From: an uncultured Chloroflexia bacterium
GTDB taxonomy: Bacteria; Chloroflexota; Limnocylindria; Limnocylindrales; CSP1-4
Reading direction: 5' to 3'
DNA length: 64,000 bases
Assembly: GCA_963748625.1 (NCBI GenBank)
Contig: CAVVJT010000007.1
Location: forward strand, 160,001-224,000
Part shown: one piece after another, positions 17,722 to 27,672 of the stretch
Layout: each line of letters begins with the position of its first letter
Numbering within the stretch: position 1 is the first letter of the stretch
Position numbers and translations under genes: made by a program
Notes under the pieces: model-generated
The model's input: the letters and a program-made list of their open reading frames with translations, nothing else
The model's database searches: none
Told to the model about the DNA's origin: nothing

Positions 17722-18462
17722 TCAGGCCTTGGCGTCGCCGCCCTTTCCCCGGCGCCCGCCGATAAACGAGGCCACGACCAGGAACACTCCGAAGCCCAGC
17801 ACGAGGTACGGCAGCGCCTGGTCGAGGTTGGCGATGGCGTAGCCGTTGAGGCCGATGACGCCCTCGAAGAACAGGGCGAAGCTGCCGAACAGGATGAGAC
17901 CCACCGCCGTCGTCCGAAGTCCGTCGGCCGCAAGGTCACCGTCGCGCCGTGCCAGGCCGTAGACGAGCATGGCGACGCCCACGGACGTCGGCGCCACAAG
18001 GGCCCACGCGTACGCCCACGTCGAGTACAGCCCGAAGGCCTCCTGGACGCCCAGGATGGCGCCGACGGTGGCGAGGATGGCCCCGGGGATCGCCAGGCCG
18101 AGGCCGCCTCGGGGCGGGATGAACAGGGAGCCCGCAACCATCGCGAGACCCGGCACGATCAGCCACACGGGCCAGGCAGTCGAGAGGTCCGTGACCTGTC
18201 CGACGAGCAGGGCGCCTCCGACCACGATCAGGATCACGCCGAGCACGAGGCCGGGCTGCACGTGCCGGACGGGAGCGGGAGGGGCGGTCCACGACGGCGT
18301 CTGCGAGGCGGGCTGGGGCCCGATCTGCGGGGCGGGCTGAGGTCCGGGACCCGTCCAGCCGCCGGACACGGCGGGCCACGTGCCACCGGGCGGGCTGGCG
18401 GGCGCGGGTGGGGGCGGGAGACCGGGGCCGGGCGCGTTCGGGTCCCCTGTGGGGCTGGTCAT
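17722..18462 (-). CDS. Membrane protein with Pro-rich N-terminus (LiaF/DUF5668-like TM repeats)
   Basis: GGGAGG RBS, AWPVWLIVPG motif, multiple TM segments. Confidence 0.75.
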   Translation of the reverse strand: MTSPTGDPNAPGPGLPPPPAPASPPGGTWPAVSGGWTGPGPQPAPQIGPQPASQTPSWTAPPAPVRHVQPGLVLGVILIVVGGALLVGQVTDLSTAWPVWLIVPGLAMVAGSLFIPPRGGLGLAIPGAILATVGAILGVQEAFGLYSTWAYAWALVAPTSVGVAMLVYGLARRDGDLAADGLRTTAVGLILFGSFALFFEGVIGLNGYAIANLDQALPYLVLGFGVFLVVASFIGGRRGKGGDAKA

Positions 18463-18546
18463 GCGGGCAACCTCCCTGTACTGCCCGGAATCTACGCGGT
18501 CAGGCACTTCGCCGGATGTGCCGATCGGTCCCCGCAAGGACGAGGG

Positions 18547-19035
18547 TCAGGCTGATCCTCGATCGGGCTCGTCCGGGTCGGCCGGGCTGGTCGGAGCACC
18601 ATGGGCGACCACGTCGGCCAGCTCCGCGACGGCCGGCGCCAGGCAGCGGGTGATGGCTCCCGACAGGTCGCTCGGCCGGAACGACTTGCGCACGAAACAG
18701 TCGGCCCCTGCGGCGAGCGCGTCGCGCTCCATCTCGGGCGACCAGCCGACGGCCAGGATCCGCGCCTCAGGGTGGATGGCCCGCAGTCGCCGGATCAGCG
18801 CGATGCCGTCGCGGGCGTCAGGGAGGCGCGGATCCACGATCACGACGTCCGGATGGTGGCGGTCGGCCAGGGTCAACGCGGCACCCGGCTGCCCGGCGCT
18901 GCCGACCACGTCATAGCGGTGGCTGATGCCCAGGATGCCCACGATGCTCTCGCGCGTGCGCTCGTCCGCGTCGACGACGAGGAGGCGGGGGGAGGGCGCG
19001 GCGGCCGCGTCGCCAGCGCCGGTGGCATCCGGCAT
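18547..19035 (-). CDS. Single-domain response regulator receiver
   Basis: LLVVDAD, PDVVIVDPRLP, ALAAGADCFVRK. Confidence 0.85.
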   Translation of the reverse strand: MPDATGAGDAAAAPSPRLLVVDADERTRESIVGILGISHRYDVVGSAGQPGAALTLADRHHPDVVIVDPRLPDARDGIALIRRLRAIHPEARILAVGWSPEMERDALAAGADCFVRKSFRPSDLSGAITRCLAPAVAELADVVAHGAPTSPADPDEPDRGSA

Positions 19036-19144
19036 GGCGTCATCGTGCGCCCGTCGCGAAGGCCTGCACAGGGACCCCTGCCGGGTGCACCCCGCGGCAA
19101 ACGACGTAGACCAGGAACCGGGCGTCCTGCGGGTCGCCGGACGC

Positions 19145-22100
19145 TCAGCCTGTCGCCGCGGTGCCGGACTCGTCCGGGGTCCCGGACTCGTCCAGGGCGC
19201 TGGCGACCTCCGTCGCCGTGGGGGCGCCGGTGGTCTCGGGCAGCACCACTTCGATCGTCGTGCCCTGGCCGGGCCCCGTGCGGACGTCCATCGTCCCGGC
19301 GAGGCGCTCGGTGCGCGCACGCATCCCGGCGATGCCCAGGTGGCCGTCGGGCACCGCTGCCGGATCGAACCCACGCCCATCGTCCGTGACGACCATGCGG
19401 ACGCCGTCGGGCACCCGGCCGATCCCGATCCGGACCTCCCGAGCGCCTGCATGCTTGACGACGTTGTGGAGTGCCTCCTGGGCGATCCGGTAGAGCGCCT
19501 CCTCGAGCTCGATCGGCGGACGGTCGACCGCGAGGTCGGCATCGGCCTCCACGACCACCGGCAGCCCGATCCGCCCGGAGAGTGACGCGCCGTGGGTGCG
19601 CAGCGCCTGGATCAGCCCGTACTCCTCGATGTTGCCGGGCCGGAGCTCGAAGATCAGCGCCCGCATCTCGGCGAGCGCGTCGCGCTGGAGCTCACGCAGG
19701 GACGCGAGCCGTTGGGGCACCTGGGCCGGATCCCGATCGAGCAGGATCTCGATGCTCCTCGAGACCAGGGTCATCGAGAACAGCGCCTGGGTCACCGAAT
19801 CGTGCAGCTCGCGGGCCAGGTGCGCCCGCTCCTCGGATGCCGCGATCTCGGCCGCCTGGCGGCGCAGGTCCATCTCGAGGCGCTCGAGATCGCTGACGTC
19901 GCGGGCGACGCCGTGCGCGCCGATGAACCGGCCCCCAGCGACCATCCCGATCGCCGTCACCTCCATCGAGCGCTCCCGGCCGTCCCGCCTGAGCACGCGG
20001 AACCGGGTCCGGTGGGTCTCGGCGGGCCGGCGCTGGAGCATCCGGAAGCGGGCGATCGTGCCCCGCAAGGCCAACGGTGGTGCAAGGTCCTCGAAGCGCC
20101 GGCCAACCAGCTCGGTGGCTGGCCACCCCAGGATCCGCGTCGCCTGGTCGGAGACGAAGGTGAAGCGGCCGTCGGCGTCGGTCATCCAGATCAGGTCGGG
20201 CGAGGACTGCACCAGGAAGCGGTAGCGCTCCTCGGATTCACGGAGCTCCCGTTCCAGGCGCTCCCGGTCGCGAATGTCGCGCGCGGCGCCGTGGACGCCG
20301 GCGAACACGCCGTCCATGCGCATGGCGGATGCGGTCACCTCGAACGGGATGTACTCCCCGCTCGCGCCGAGCAGGTCCATCCGTGAGGTGAGCGAGTTGC
20401 GGCCGACCACCATCTCGGCGAACCGCCGGCCGGCCGGGACGCCATCGGGCGTGCGCACGATCTCGCGGAAGTGCAGGCCCACCAACTCCGAGGCCGACCG
20501 ACCGAGCGCCTGCTCGACCGACTCGGAGAAGTAGGTGACCCGGCCATCGGCGTCGGTCGCGTAGATGATGTCGGGCGAGTTCTCGACCAGGAAGCGGTAG
20601 CGCTGCTCTGACGCCTCGAGCCGGGCGAGGAGATCCGAGTTGGAGATGGCGATCGCTGCGTGATCGGCCAGCGCCTGGAGGGTGGCGAGGCGGTCCTCGG
20701 CGATGGGCTGGGGACGCTGGTAGCTCACCGCGAGCGTGCCGATGACCTCGCCACCGGGCTCCCGGAGGGGGGCGGCGGCCATCGCGCCGAGGCCCATGAT
20801 CCGGGCTACCTCCACGTCGTCCGCGCCATGGGGGATCCGCGGATCGGCGGCGTAGTCGGGCGTCCAGGTCACATGGCCAGTGGACGCCGCGAGGCCGTTG
20901 AGCCCCCCGTCGAGCGCGAACGACTGGCTCCCGAGCCAGCGCCGGGTCGCGTCGTCCAGGCGGCCCGCGATGACCGCCGGGCGCAGGGCGGCACGGTCCT
21001 CGCTCATGCGCGTCAGGTGCGCCCCGTCGGACCCGAGCACCCGGCGAGCCTCCTCCACGACGTCCTGGAGCAGCGTCGCGGGATCCTGGAGGGTCATCAT
21101 GCGGCGCGCGATCTCGCGCAGGGCGCGTTCGGCGTCGGCCGTGCGCTCCAGCGCCGTCTGCGAGGCTGTCAGGCGGTCCGCGAGGCGGGCGTTGGCCACG
21201 GCGATCGACACCTGGCCCGCGAGCGCGTCGATCAGCCGGAGAGCATCCGCCCCGAAGGCATCCACGTCGCGATGGCCCGCCTGGAGCACGCCCAGCAGGC
21301 CGTCCTCACCCACGACCGGGGCCGCCACCACCGCGCGCAGGCCGACGTCCCGGACCCCCGCGTCGCCCTCCTCGTAGTGCGTGAAGCGGGTGTCGGCAAG
21401 ATAGTCACGAGCCACCACGGCCCGGCCCTCGCGGATGGCGAGCCCGGCGAGACCCACCGGTGGCTGCCCGTCCGGCATGTCCAGTCGAAGGGCGTCGGGG
21501 AACGGGGTGTCGGCCGGAAAGCCCAGCAGGTGTGACCCGGACACCGGCTCCACGAGGTCCAACCGCGCCCGCTCGGCGCCGAGGAGACGCGCCGCCTCGT
21601 GGACGATGCGGTCGAGCGTGGCCGCTGGATCCTCACCCAGGCGGCCCAGTCGGCCGGCGATCTCGCGCAGCGCCTGCTCCTCGTCCGCGCGCCGGGCGAG
21701 CGTCTCGCGTGACCGCCCCAGCTCCTCGATGAGACGTGCGCGACCCAGGGCGACGGCCGCCTGGCCGGCGATCGTCTCCAGCAGCGCGGCATCGGCCGCA
21801 TCGAATGCGTCGGGCTCCGTGGACCAGACCGTGATGGCCCCGAATGGTCCCGTCTCGCCGAGCAGGGGCGAGGCGATCACTCCACGGATCCCCTTGCTGC
21901 TGGCATAGGTGTCCGGGCCGAACCCATGGACGAGTTGAGGATCGCTGAGGTAGTCGGGGCTGATGTACGTCAGGCCGGTGGTGACGGCGCGACCCGACGC
22001 TCCCACCTCCAGGGTGTCGTTGGGGTCCCGCGGCCACTCGGTCTCGAGGATCTCCTCCTCGCCCGACGAGTAGGCTCCACGCAGCAGGTTGACCTCCGGG

Positions 22101-22861
22101 TCGACCAGGTCGATGCGGGCGCCCTCACCGTGGAGCAGGCGGCGTGCCTCGTCGATGGTGTGCTGGACGACCGCCTCCGGGTCACGCGCGCCCGAGATCC
22201 GCGTGCCGAGCTCCCGCAGCGACCGCTCCACGAGCGCCGTGCGGGCCAGCGCTTCGCGCGACCGGTCGAGCTCCTCGATCAGGCGGGCGTTGGCCATGGC
22301 GAGTGCCGCGTGGTCGGCGAGGGCCCGCACCAAACCGATCTGGGGAGCGTTGAAGAAGTCCTCGTCGGCCGAGAAGGTGCCCAGCGCCCCGAACACCTCG
22401 TCGCCCGCGATCATCGGCGCCGCCACGAGCGAGCGGAGGCCGACCTCCTTCGCGAACCGGTCCGACTCCGCATTGTGGATGAACGTGCCGTCGCGAAGGT
22501 AGTCCCCGGTGACGACCACCCGCCGCGTGGCGACGGCGCGCCCGAACAGCCCGACGCCCGCCGGCAGCTCGAGACTGCGCATGAAGTGATCCGCGGGCAG
22601 CTCGGCGATCCCTGCGTGGTACCGGAAGCGGAGGCGGTCTACGGCAGGGTCGTAGAGGTAGGCGAAGGCGCCGTCGGCGCCGAGCAGGCGGCGGACCTCG
22701 TCGCACGCGCTGCGCAGGAGCGCGTCCACGCCGGGCGCGAGGTGGCCGTCACCGGGCGCGGGCTGGCGGCCGGGCTGGAGGCCGACGGCGGGCACGGGCT
22801 GGAGGCCGGGCTGGCCGGCGGCGGGAACGGTCACGGGACGGGCATCTGCCTCACGGTGCAC
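19145..22861 (-). CDS. Cytoplasmic sensor histidine kinase: 4 GAF + 2 PAS + HisKA_3 + HATPase
   Basis: ERAHLARELHDSVTQ, EALHNVVKHA, DDGRGF, HLGIAGMR; four GAF-like repeats ending in LA..AA.A; two ENSPD/QSSPD PAS starts. Confidence 0.92.
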   Translation of the reverse strand: MHREADARPVTVPAAGQPGLQPVPAVGLQPGRQPAPGDGHLAPGVDALLRSACDEVRRLLGADGAFAYLYDPAVDRLRFRYHAGIAELPADHFMRSLELPAGVGLFGRAVATRRVVVTGDYLRDGTFIHNAESDRFAKEVGLRSLVAAPMIAGDEVFGALGTFSADEDFFNAPQIGLVRALADHAALAMANARLIEELDRSREALARTALVERSLRELGTRISGARDPEAVVQHTIDEARRLLHGEGARIDLVDPEVNLLRGAYSSGEEEILETEWPRDPNDTLEVGASGRAVTTGLTYISPDYLSDPQLVHGFGPDTYASSKGIRGVIASPLLGETGPFGAITVWSTEPDAFDAADAALLETIAGQAAVALGRARLIEELGRSRETLARRADEEQALREIAGRLGRLGEDPAATLDRIVHEAARLLGAERARLDLVEPVSGSHLLGFPADTPFPDALRLDMPDGQPPVGLAGLAIREGRAVVARDYLADTRFTHYEEGDAGVRDVGLRAVVAAPVVGEDGLLGVLQAGHRDVDAFGADALRLIDALAGQVSIAVANARLADRLTASQTALERTADAERALREIARRMMTLQDPATLLQDVVEEARRVLGSDGAHLTRMSEDRAALRPAVIAGRLDDATRRWLGSQSFALDGGLNGLAASTGHVTWTPDYAADPRIPHGADDVEVARIMGLGAMAAAPLREPGGEVIGTLAVSYQRPQPIAEDRLATLQALADHAAIAISNSDLLARLEASEQRYRFLVENSPDIIYATDADGRVTYFSESVEQALGRSASELVGLHFREIVRTPDGVPAGRRFAEMVVGRNSLTSRMDLLGASGEYIPFEVTASAMRMDGVFAGVHGAARDIRDRERLERELRESEERYRFLVQSSPDLIWMTDADGRFTFVSDQATRILGWPATELVGRRFEDLAPPLALRGTIARFRMLQRRPAETHRTRFRVLRRDGRERSMEVTAIGMVAGGRFIGAHGVARDVSDLERLEMDLRRQAAEIAASEERAHLARELHDSVTQALFSMTLVSRSIEILLDRDPAQVPQRLASLRELQRDALAEMRALIFELRPGNIEEYGLIQALRTHGASLSGRIGLPVVVEADADLAVDRPPIELEEALYRIAQEALHNVVKHAGAREVRIGIGRVPDGVRMVVTDDGRGFDPAAVPDGHLGIAGMRARTERLAGTMDVRTGPGQGTTIEVVLPETTGAPTATEVASALDESGTPDESGTAATG

Positions 22862-22965
22862 GGAGTCTAGCCGTGGCGCCGGTCTGCGGCGCTACGTCAT
22901 GCGTCCCGTGGGTCGCGCGACGGCGGTGCGACGGCAACGGCGGACACTCGCGGGATACTGCAGCC

Positions 22966-23604
22966 ATGACCAATGCCGCCAGCCGGACCTGTGCCTGGGC
23001 CGCGGGCTCGGACCCGCTCTACCTCGCCTACCACGACACCGAGTGGGGTGTCCCTGTCGACGATGAGCGGCACATGTTCGAGATGCTCACGCTCGAGGGG
23101 GCGCAGGCGGGCCTGTCATGGTCCACGATCCTGCGCAAGCGGGAGGGCTATCGGCGGGCGTTCGCAGGCTTCGATCCCGAGGTGGTGGCAGGGTTCGGCG
23201 AGGTGGACCGGGAGCGGCTTCTCGCCGATGCGGCGATCGTGCGCAACCGGGCGAAGATCGCCTCCGCCATCGGGAACGCCCAGGCGGTGCTCGCGCTGCG
23301 GGAGAACGGTACGACCCTCGTGGACCACCTGTGGTCGTTCGTGGACGGCGCGCCCATCGTCAACCGCTTCGCGTCCCTCGCGGAGATCCCGGCCGAGACC
23401 CCGGCCTCCCGGGCCATGAGCAAGGACCTGCTCCGGCGCGGGTTCCGGTTCGTCGGCCCAACGATCTGCTATGCGCTGATGCAGGCCACGGGCCTCGTGA
23501 ACGACCACGAGACGACATGTCCGCGGTGGGTCGAGGTCCAGGGCGTCGGCGGGCGGCGCAGGTCCATGCAGGCACCATCCGACCGCGTGCCAGCGACCCG
23601 GTAG
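22966..23604 (+). CDS. tag: DNA-3-methyladenine glycosylase I
   Basis: CAWA, YHDTEWG, LEGAQAGLSW, IVRNRAKI, FRFVGPTICYALMQATGLVNDH..C. Confidence 0.95.
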   Translation: MTNAASRTCAWAAGSDPLYLAYHDTEWGVPVDDERHMFEMLTLEGAQAGLSWSTILRKREGYRRAFAGFDPEVVAGFGEVDRERLLADAAIVRNRAKIASAIGNAQAVLALRENGTTLVDHLWSFVDGAPIVNRFASLAEIPAETPASRAMSKDLLRRGFRFVGPTICYALMQATGLVNDHETTCPRWVEVQGVGGRRRSMQAPSDRVPATR

Positions 23605-23719
23605 TCCCCTCACGGGGGGGGCGCCAAATGGCGTTGTTGCGCGTATGATCCGGCGCACGACGCCGCCGGAGGGCGCCGGCCCACAGCCTGCTTGGCGTCG
23701 ATGCAGGGGGTAGGCTCGC

Positions 23720-24217
23720 GTGGCTGATCGCGATCCGTACGCCATTCTCGGCGTGGCGCCTGTGGCCGACGGCGAGGAGATCGTCCTCGCATGCCGCTCG
23801 CTCGCGCGCCGCTACCACCCCGACGTCTCCTCCGACCCCGGCGCGCAGGACCACATGGCCGCCATCAACGGTGCCTGCGCGATCCTGCGCGACCCGGTCA
23901 AGCGCGCGGAGTGGGACCGCGAGCACCGTCGCGAAGGGCACGGCGCCGGTCACACGGTCTGGCGCCGCGGGCCTGACGGCGAAGGCGCCGCCGGACCCCC
24001 GCCGGGCCCGCGCATGGGCACGGTGCTGCCATTCGGGCGGCACATCGGCTGGTCGATTGGTGAGATCGCCCGGGCCGATCCCGGCTACCTCGTCTGGCTC
24101 ATGGACCGGCGAGAGGCCGCGCCGTACAGGGCCGAGATCGAGCGCGTCCTGGGCGCGATGCCCAATTCGCCGCTTCGGCCGCCGCAGGCGCCTCCCCGGC
24201 AGTCGAGGTGGGGCTAG
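23720..24217 (+). CDS. J-domain (DnaJ-type) protein with C-terminal PFG..YLxW small domain
   Basis: DPYAILGV..LARRYHPD..IN..ILRDPVKRAEWD; C-terminal LPFGRHIG..DPGYLVWL. Confidence 0.85.
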   Translation: MADRDPYAILGVAPVADGEEIVLACRSLARRYHPDVSSDPGAQDHMAAINGACAILRDPVKRAEWDREHRREGHGAGHTVWRRGPDGEGAAGPPPGPRMGTVLPFGRHIGWSIGEIARADPGYLVWLMDRREAAPYRAEIERVLGAMPNSPLRPPQAPPRQSRWG

Positions 24218-24235
24218 AACAGGTCCGGGGATCCG

Positions 24236-24793
24236 CTAGCCGCTCGCCCGTTCGACCTCCAGGAGGAACGCTGCGATGCGGTCGAGGACATCGGCGCGGA
24301 CGGTCAGCAGGCCGTGCCCCAGCCTCTCGTACGTCACCAGGCGTCCGTCCGGCAGCGCCTGGATCGCCGCCTCCAGCAGGTCGAGTGAGGCAAACGGATC
24401 GCGCGTTCCCGACAGCAGGAGCGCCGGGCAGCCGATCCGCGGCCAGTGCGCGGTCCGCGATGCCGTCGTCTCCGGCCCGCCCGGCCGGTGGAGCGGGTAG
24501 CTCAGGCAGACGAGCGCGGCGTAGCGTCGAGCGGGCCCGCCGAGCCAGCCGCCTTCCTCGTGGCCGATCCCCGCGGCCGACAGGGAGGCAACCCGCCCGC
24601 CGAAGGAGTGGCCGCCCACCACGACGTCCCGCGCATCGGGGACCTGCTCCTCGAACGCGGCAAGGGCGAGCTCCGCCTTGCGCCGCGGAAGGGTGAGGGC
24701 GTGTGCCTCGAACCCGTGCTCGCGGAGGCCGTCGACCCAGGGTGCCATGCTCGCCGCGCTGCCGGCCGCTCCATGGCCCAAGTAGATGCGCAT
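24236..24793 (-). CDS. Alpha/beta hydrolase (Abhydrolase_11-like)
   Basis: GHGA, GGHSFGGR, SYPLHRPG, GTRDPF, GHGL. Confidence 0.88.
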   Translation of the reverse strand: MRIYLGHGAAGSAASMAPWVDGLREHGFEAHALTLPRRKAELALAAFEEQVPDARDVVVGGHSFGGRVASLSAAGIGHEEGGWLGGPARRYAALVCLSYPLHRPGGPETTASRTAHWPRIGCPALLLSGTRDPFASLDLLEAAIQALPDGRLVTYERLGHGLLTVRADVLDRIAAFLLEVERASG

Positions 24794-24899
24794 CGTGGAA
24801 CGGTAGCGCCCGGCGTGGCATGCTGGTACTCCAGTCCCAGGCGCTGATCCCCCGGAAGCGCCATGGCCGGTGCGTCGCCGCACCTCCAGACTCCGGAGC

Positions 24900-26462
24900 A
24901 TGACCATCGATACCCGCGCCCGTCGGACGCCAGGAGCGGACACGTCCGCCCGCTGGCTGACCGCCGTCCTGCTGGCGGCGGGCGTCCTCGTGATCCTCGT
25001 GGTGCCGGCATTCGCCGCCGGTCCGCGAGTGGAGGCGGACGCCGCCGTGGCGGCCAGTGGCTCCACAGGCGCATCGGGGTCGCCCGCGCCGGACCCCTCC
25101 GCATCCACCACACCAGACCCTTCGGCATCGGTGTCGCCTGATCCGTCGGCATCGGTGTCGCCTGATCCGTCGGCGTCGGCGAGCGCATCGCCCACCGTTC
25201 CGCCCTCGCCCACGCCGACGCCTTGGCCAACTCCCTCCTACCCGGTGAGCGCCACGACGCTGGGCGACAGCGTGAGGTTCTACGGCAAGGGCTACGGGCA
25301 CGGCGTCGGCCTCAACCAGTACGGGGCAAAGGGACGTGCGCAGGCAGGCGAGTCCGCGGAGCAGATCCTCGCCGCGTACTTCAAGGGCGCCGTCCCCGAC
25401 ACCATCAGCCCCAGCCGCCAGGTGCGCGTCCTGCTCATGGCCGGCTACCCGGCCTCATCGTCCGCCCCGCTCGTCATCAAGGGCAAGGGCGGCGCGTGGG
25501 GCATCTCCACCACCTCGACCATCTTCCCGGCAGGCGCCTCCCTGCGGGCCTGGCGGACCACGACGAAGGTTGACGGCACGTCGACCACGGTCTGGAAGAT
25601 CAAGGTGCTCCATGCTGACGGCACCACCGTGCTCCACACCGGCACGGTCTCGGGCAAGCCCGTGGTCCGACCGCTCGAGGCCGGCACCACGCTGCGGCTG
25701 GACTCCAAGCCATCCACGTACGACACCTTCCGCGGGACGCTCACCCTGGTGCTCAAGGCAAGCACCGTCTCAGTGGTCAACACGCTGGGCATGGACGCCT
25801 ACCTGCGGGGTGCGATCCCCGTGGAGATGCCCGCGACCTGGCCGAGGCAGGCGCTGCGCGCACAGGCCATCGCCAGCCGGAGCTACGCCGCCAGGCGCCT
25901 CCATCCGGACAAGGGCACGTTCGACGTCTACGACGACACGCGGTCGCAGCTCTACCGCGGCCTCGAGGCGGAGAAGGCGTCCACAGATGCCGTGATCGCC
26001 GCCGACCCCGGCGCCGTCATCCGCGTCGACGGCAGCATCGTCAACGCCTTCTACTTCTCCACCGGCGGCGGCAGCACCGAGAGCAACGAGTACGTGTTCG
26101 TGGGCTCGAAGGGGACACTCGGCTCACCCGTGGCGTACCTGCGCGCGGTCACCGACCGTTCCGTCTACGGGATCCCGTACGACGCGGATGCGCCGTACTA
26201 CTCGTGGGCGACGAGCTCGCTCACCCGTGCGCAGCTGACCGCGATCTTCAAGGGCGACAGCCGCACGAACGTGGGCGCCCTGCAGAAGCTGGACCTGCGC
26301 AAGCGGGGTCCCGGTGGCCGCCTGCGGGCCGTGGTGCTGATCGGGTCAGCGGGCTCGAAGACCGTGTCGGCGGATGTGTTCCGATCCGTCTACAACGCTC
26401 GCAAGCCCGCGGGCGCGCTGCCCCTGCGGAGCAACCTGTTCGCCACGTGGCGCCTTCCCTGA
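24900..26462 (+). CDS. SpoIID/LytB domain protein (peptidoglycan lytic enzyme family), secreted
   Basis: GYGHGVGLNQYGA, YLRGAIPVEMPATW..ALRAQAIASRSYA, DDTRSQLY; signal peptide and PDPSASVS linker repeats. Confidence 0.9.
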   Translation: MTIDTRARRTPGADTSARWLTAVLLAAGVLVILVVPAFAAGPRVEADAAVAASGSTGASGSPAPDPSASTTPDPSASVSPDPSASVSPDPSASASASPTVPPSPTPTPWPTPSYPVSATTLGDSVRFYGKGYGHGVGLNQYGAKGRAQAGESAEQILAAYFKGAVPDTISPSRQVRVLLMAGYPASSSAPLVIKGKGGAWGISTTSTIFPAGASLRAWRTTTKVDGTSTTVWKIKVLHADGTTVLHTGTVSGKPVVRPLEAGTTLRLDSKPSTYDTFRGTLTLVLKASTVSVVNTLGMDAYLRGAIPVEMPATWPRQALRAQAIASRSYAARRLHPDKGTFDVYDDTRSQLYRGLEAEKASTDAVIAADPGAVIRVDGSIVNAFYFSTGGGSTESNEYVFVGSKGTLGSPVAYLRAVTDRSVYGIPYDADAPYYSWATSSLTRAQLTAIFKGDSRTNVGALQKLDLRKRGPGGRLRAVVLIGSAGSKTVSADVFRSVYNARKPAGALPLRSNLFATWRLP

Positions 26463-26471
26463 CCGGGGCCG

Positions 26472-26645
26472 GATTCCATCCCCAGGGGGATCAAACGGAA
26501 GAACTATCCGTGTGGGGATGGACCCGGCGGTGACCGTGCAGGGCTCGGAGCCTGAACCCAGAGTCCGGTGCATGACCGCTGCACGCCGTGGGCGATTCTC
26601 AGCACGGGGATTGTTGGCCGATTCGATCCGCGTAGGAATGGATCG
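26472..26645. repeat. Intergenic repeat family A, copy 2 (inverted relative to copy 1)
   Basis: GGATTGTTGGCCGATTCGATCC (26608-26629) and CCGTGCAGGGCTCGGA match the 990-1150 element; lies between convergent genes. Confidence 0.75.
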
Positions 26646-26805
26646 GGGAATCTATCCACGCGCAGGGATGAGACGGCGTTCCTAGCCCTGCAGGGAGTAG
26701 GGCAGGGCCAGGGACCGGGCGGGTCGTGCGCCCACGGGACCGGGCGGGTCAGGGCGGAGCAGGGGCGGATCGTGCGGCCAGGGGCCGTGGCTTGGCTCAG
26801 CCCGC

Positions 26806-27672
26806 CTACAGCTCCCGCCGGCGGAAGGCCAGGGCGCCCACGACCAGCACAAGCACCACCCAGACGATCGCCCACGCCGTGAACGCCAGCGGCGGGGGCG
26901 CATCGGCGAAGAACGGGTTCGCCGACATCATCCCCCCGCCGGCCGCGGCGGCCGCGAGGATCACCATCGGTGGCTCCAGGCCGTACACGACGCCCCGCCA
27001 CAGGCCGTCGGTGGGGATCAGGAGCCGGGTGACGTCGCTGATCGCGGCCAGCGGCGCCGCCTCGAGCGCGACGGCGATCGCACCGAGCACGCCCGCGAAC
27101 CAGCCCAGACCGAACAGGACGACGGTGATCGCCCCTGCGGCCATGGTCGGCAGGCGGGTGCCCAGCGCCAGCGCGAGGGTCAGCACGGTGACGGACTGGA
27201 AGGCGAGGAAGCCGACCGCCACCAGCGGCGTCGGGGGCTGGTGGCCGGAGACGAACCCCACGACGGCGATCGCGAGCAGGCCCGACAGCCCCGCGTAGCC
27301 GGCCACCACGATCGCCAGGCCGAGCCAGCGGCCGACGAGCAGCTCCGCGCGCTGGAGCGGTCGGGCGAGCATCGCGTGCACCGTGCCACCCTCCACGTCC
27401 GACGCGATCGCCGGTGCGCCGAGGAACGCGGCCGACATCGCCAGCACGAAGCTGAACATGAACGCGATCATGATCAGGATCTGCGAGACGGCGATCCGGA
27501 TCTCGAGCTCTTCAACACCTTCGGCGCGGGCCATGCCCACGATCCCGCTCACGCCCCAGCCGACGAGCGCGACACTCGCGACCGAGAGCACGAGCAGCAC
27601 CCACAGGACACGGCGGCGGGCGATCTCGCGCAAGGTCAGGCCCGCGATGATGAGGACCAGTCGCGGGCTCAT
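26806..27672 (-). CDS. ABC-2 transporter permease
   Basis: IASDVEGGT..LARPL motif; TM segments; ends FRRREL. Confidence 0.87.
   Translation of the reverse strand: MSPRLVLIIAGLTLREIARRRVLWVLLVLSVASVALVGWGVSGIVGMARAEGVEELEIRIAVSQILIMIAFMFSFVLAMSAAFLGAPAIASDVEGGTVHAMLARPLQRAELLVGRWLGLAIVVAGYAGLSGLLAIAVVGFVSGHQPPTPLVAVGFLAFQSVTVLTLALALGTRLPTMAAGAITVVLFGLGWFAGVLGAIAVALEAAPLAAISDVTRLLIPTDGLWRGVVYGLEPPMVILAAAAAGGGMMSANPFFADAPPPLAFTAWAIVWVVLVLVVGALAFRRREL

Noticed and set aside
23605-23715. Possible degenerate copy of repeat family C
   Set aside because: Only a short CCCC..GGGG hairpin and weak similarity; not supportable.
25090-25200. 24-bp tandem repeats
   Set aside because: They simply encode the PDPSASVS linker of the SpoIID protein.
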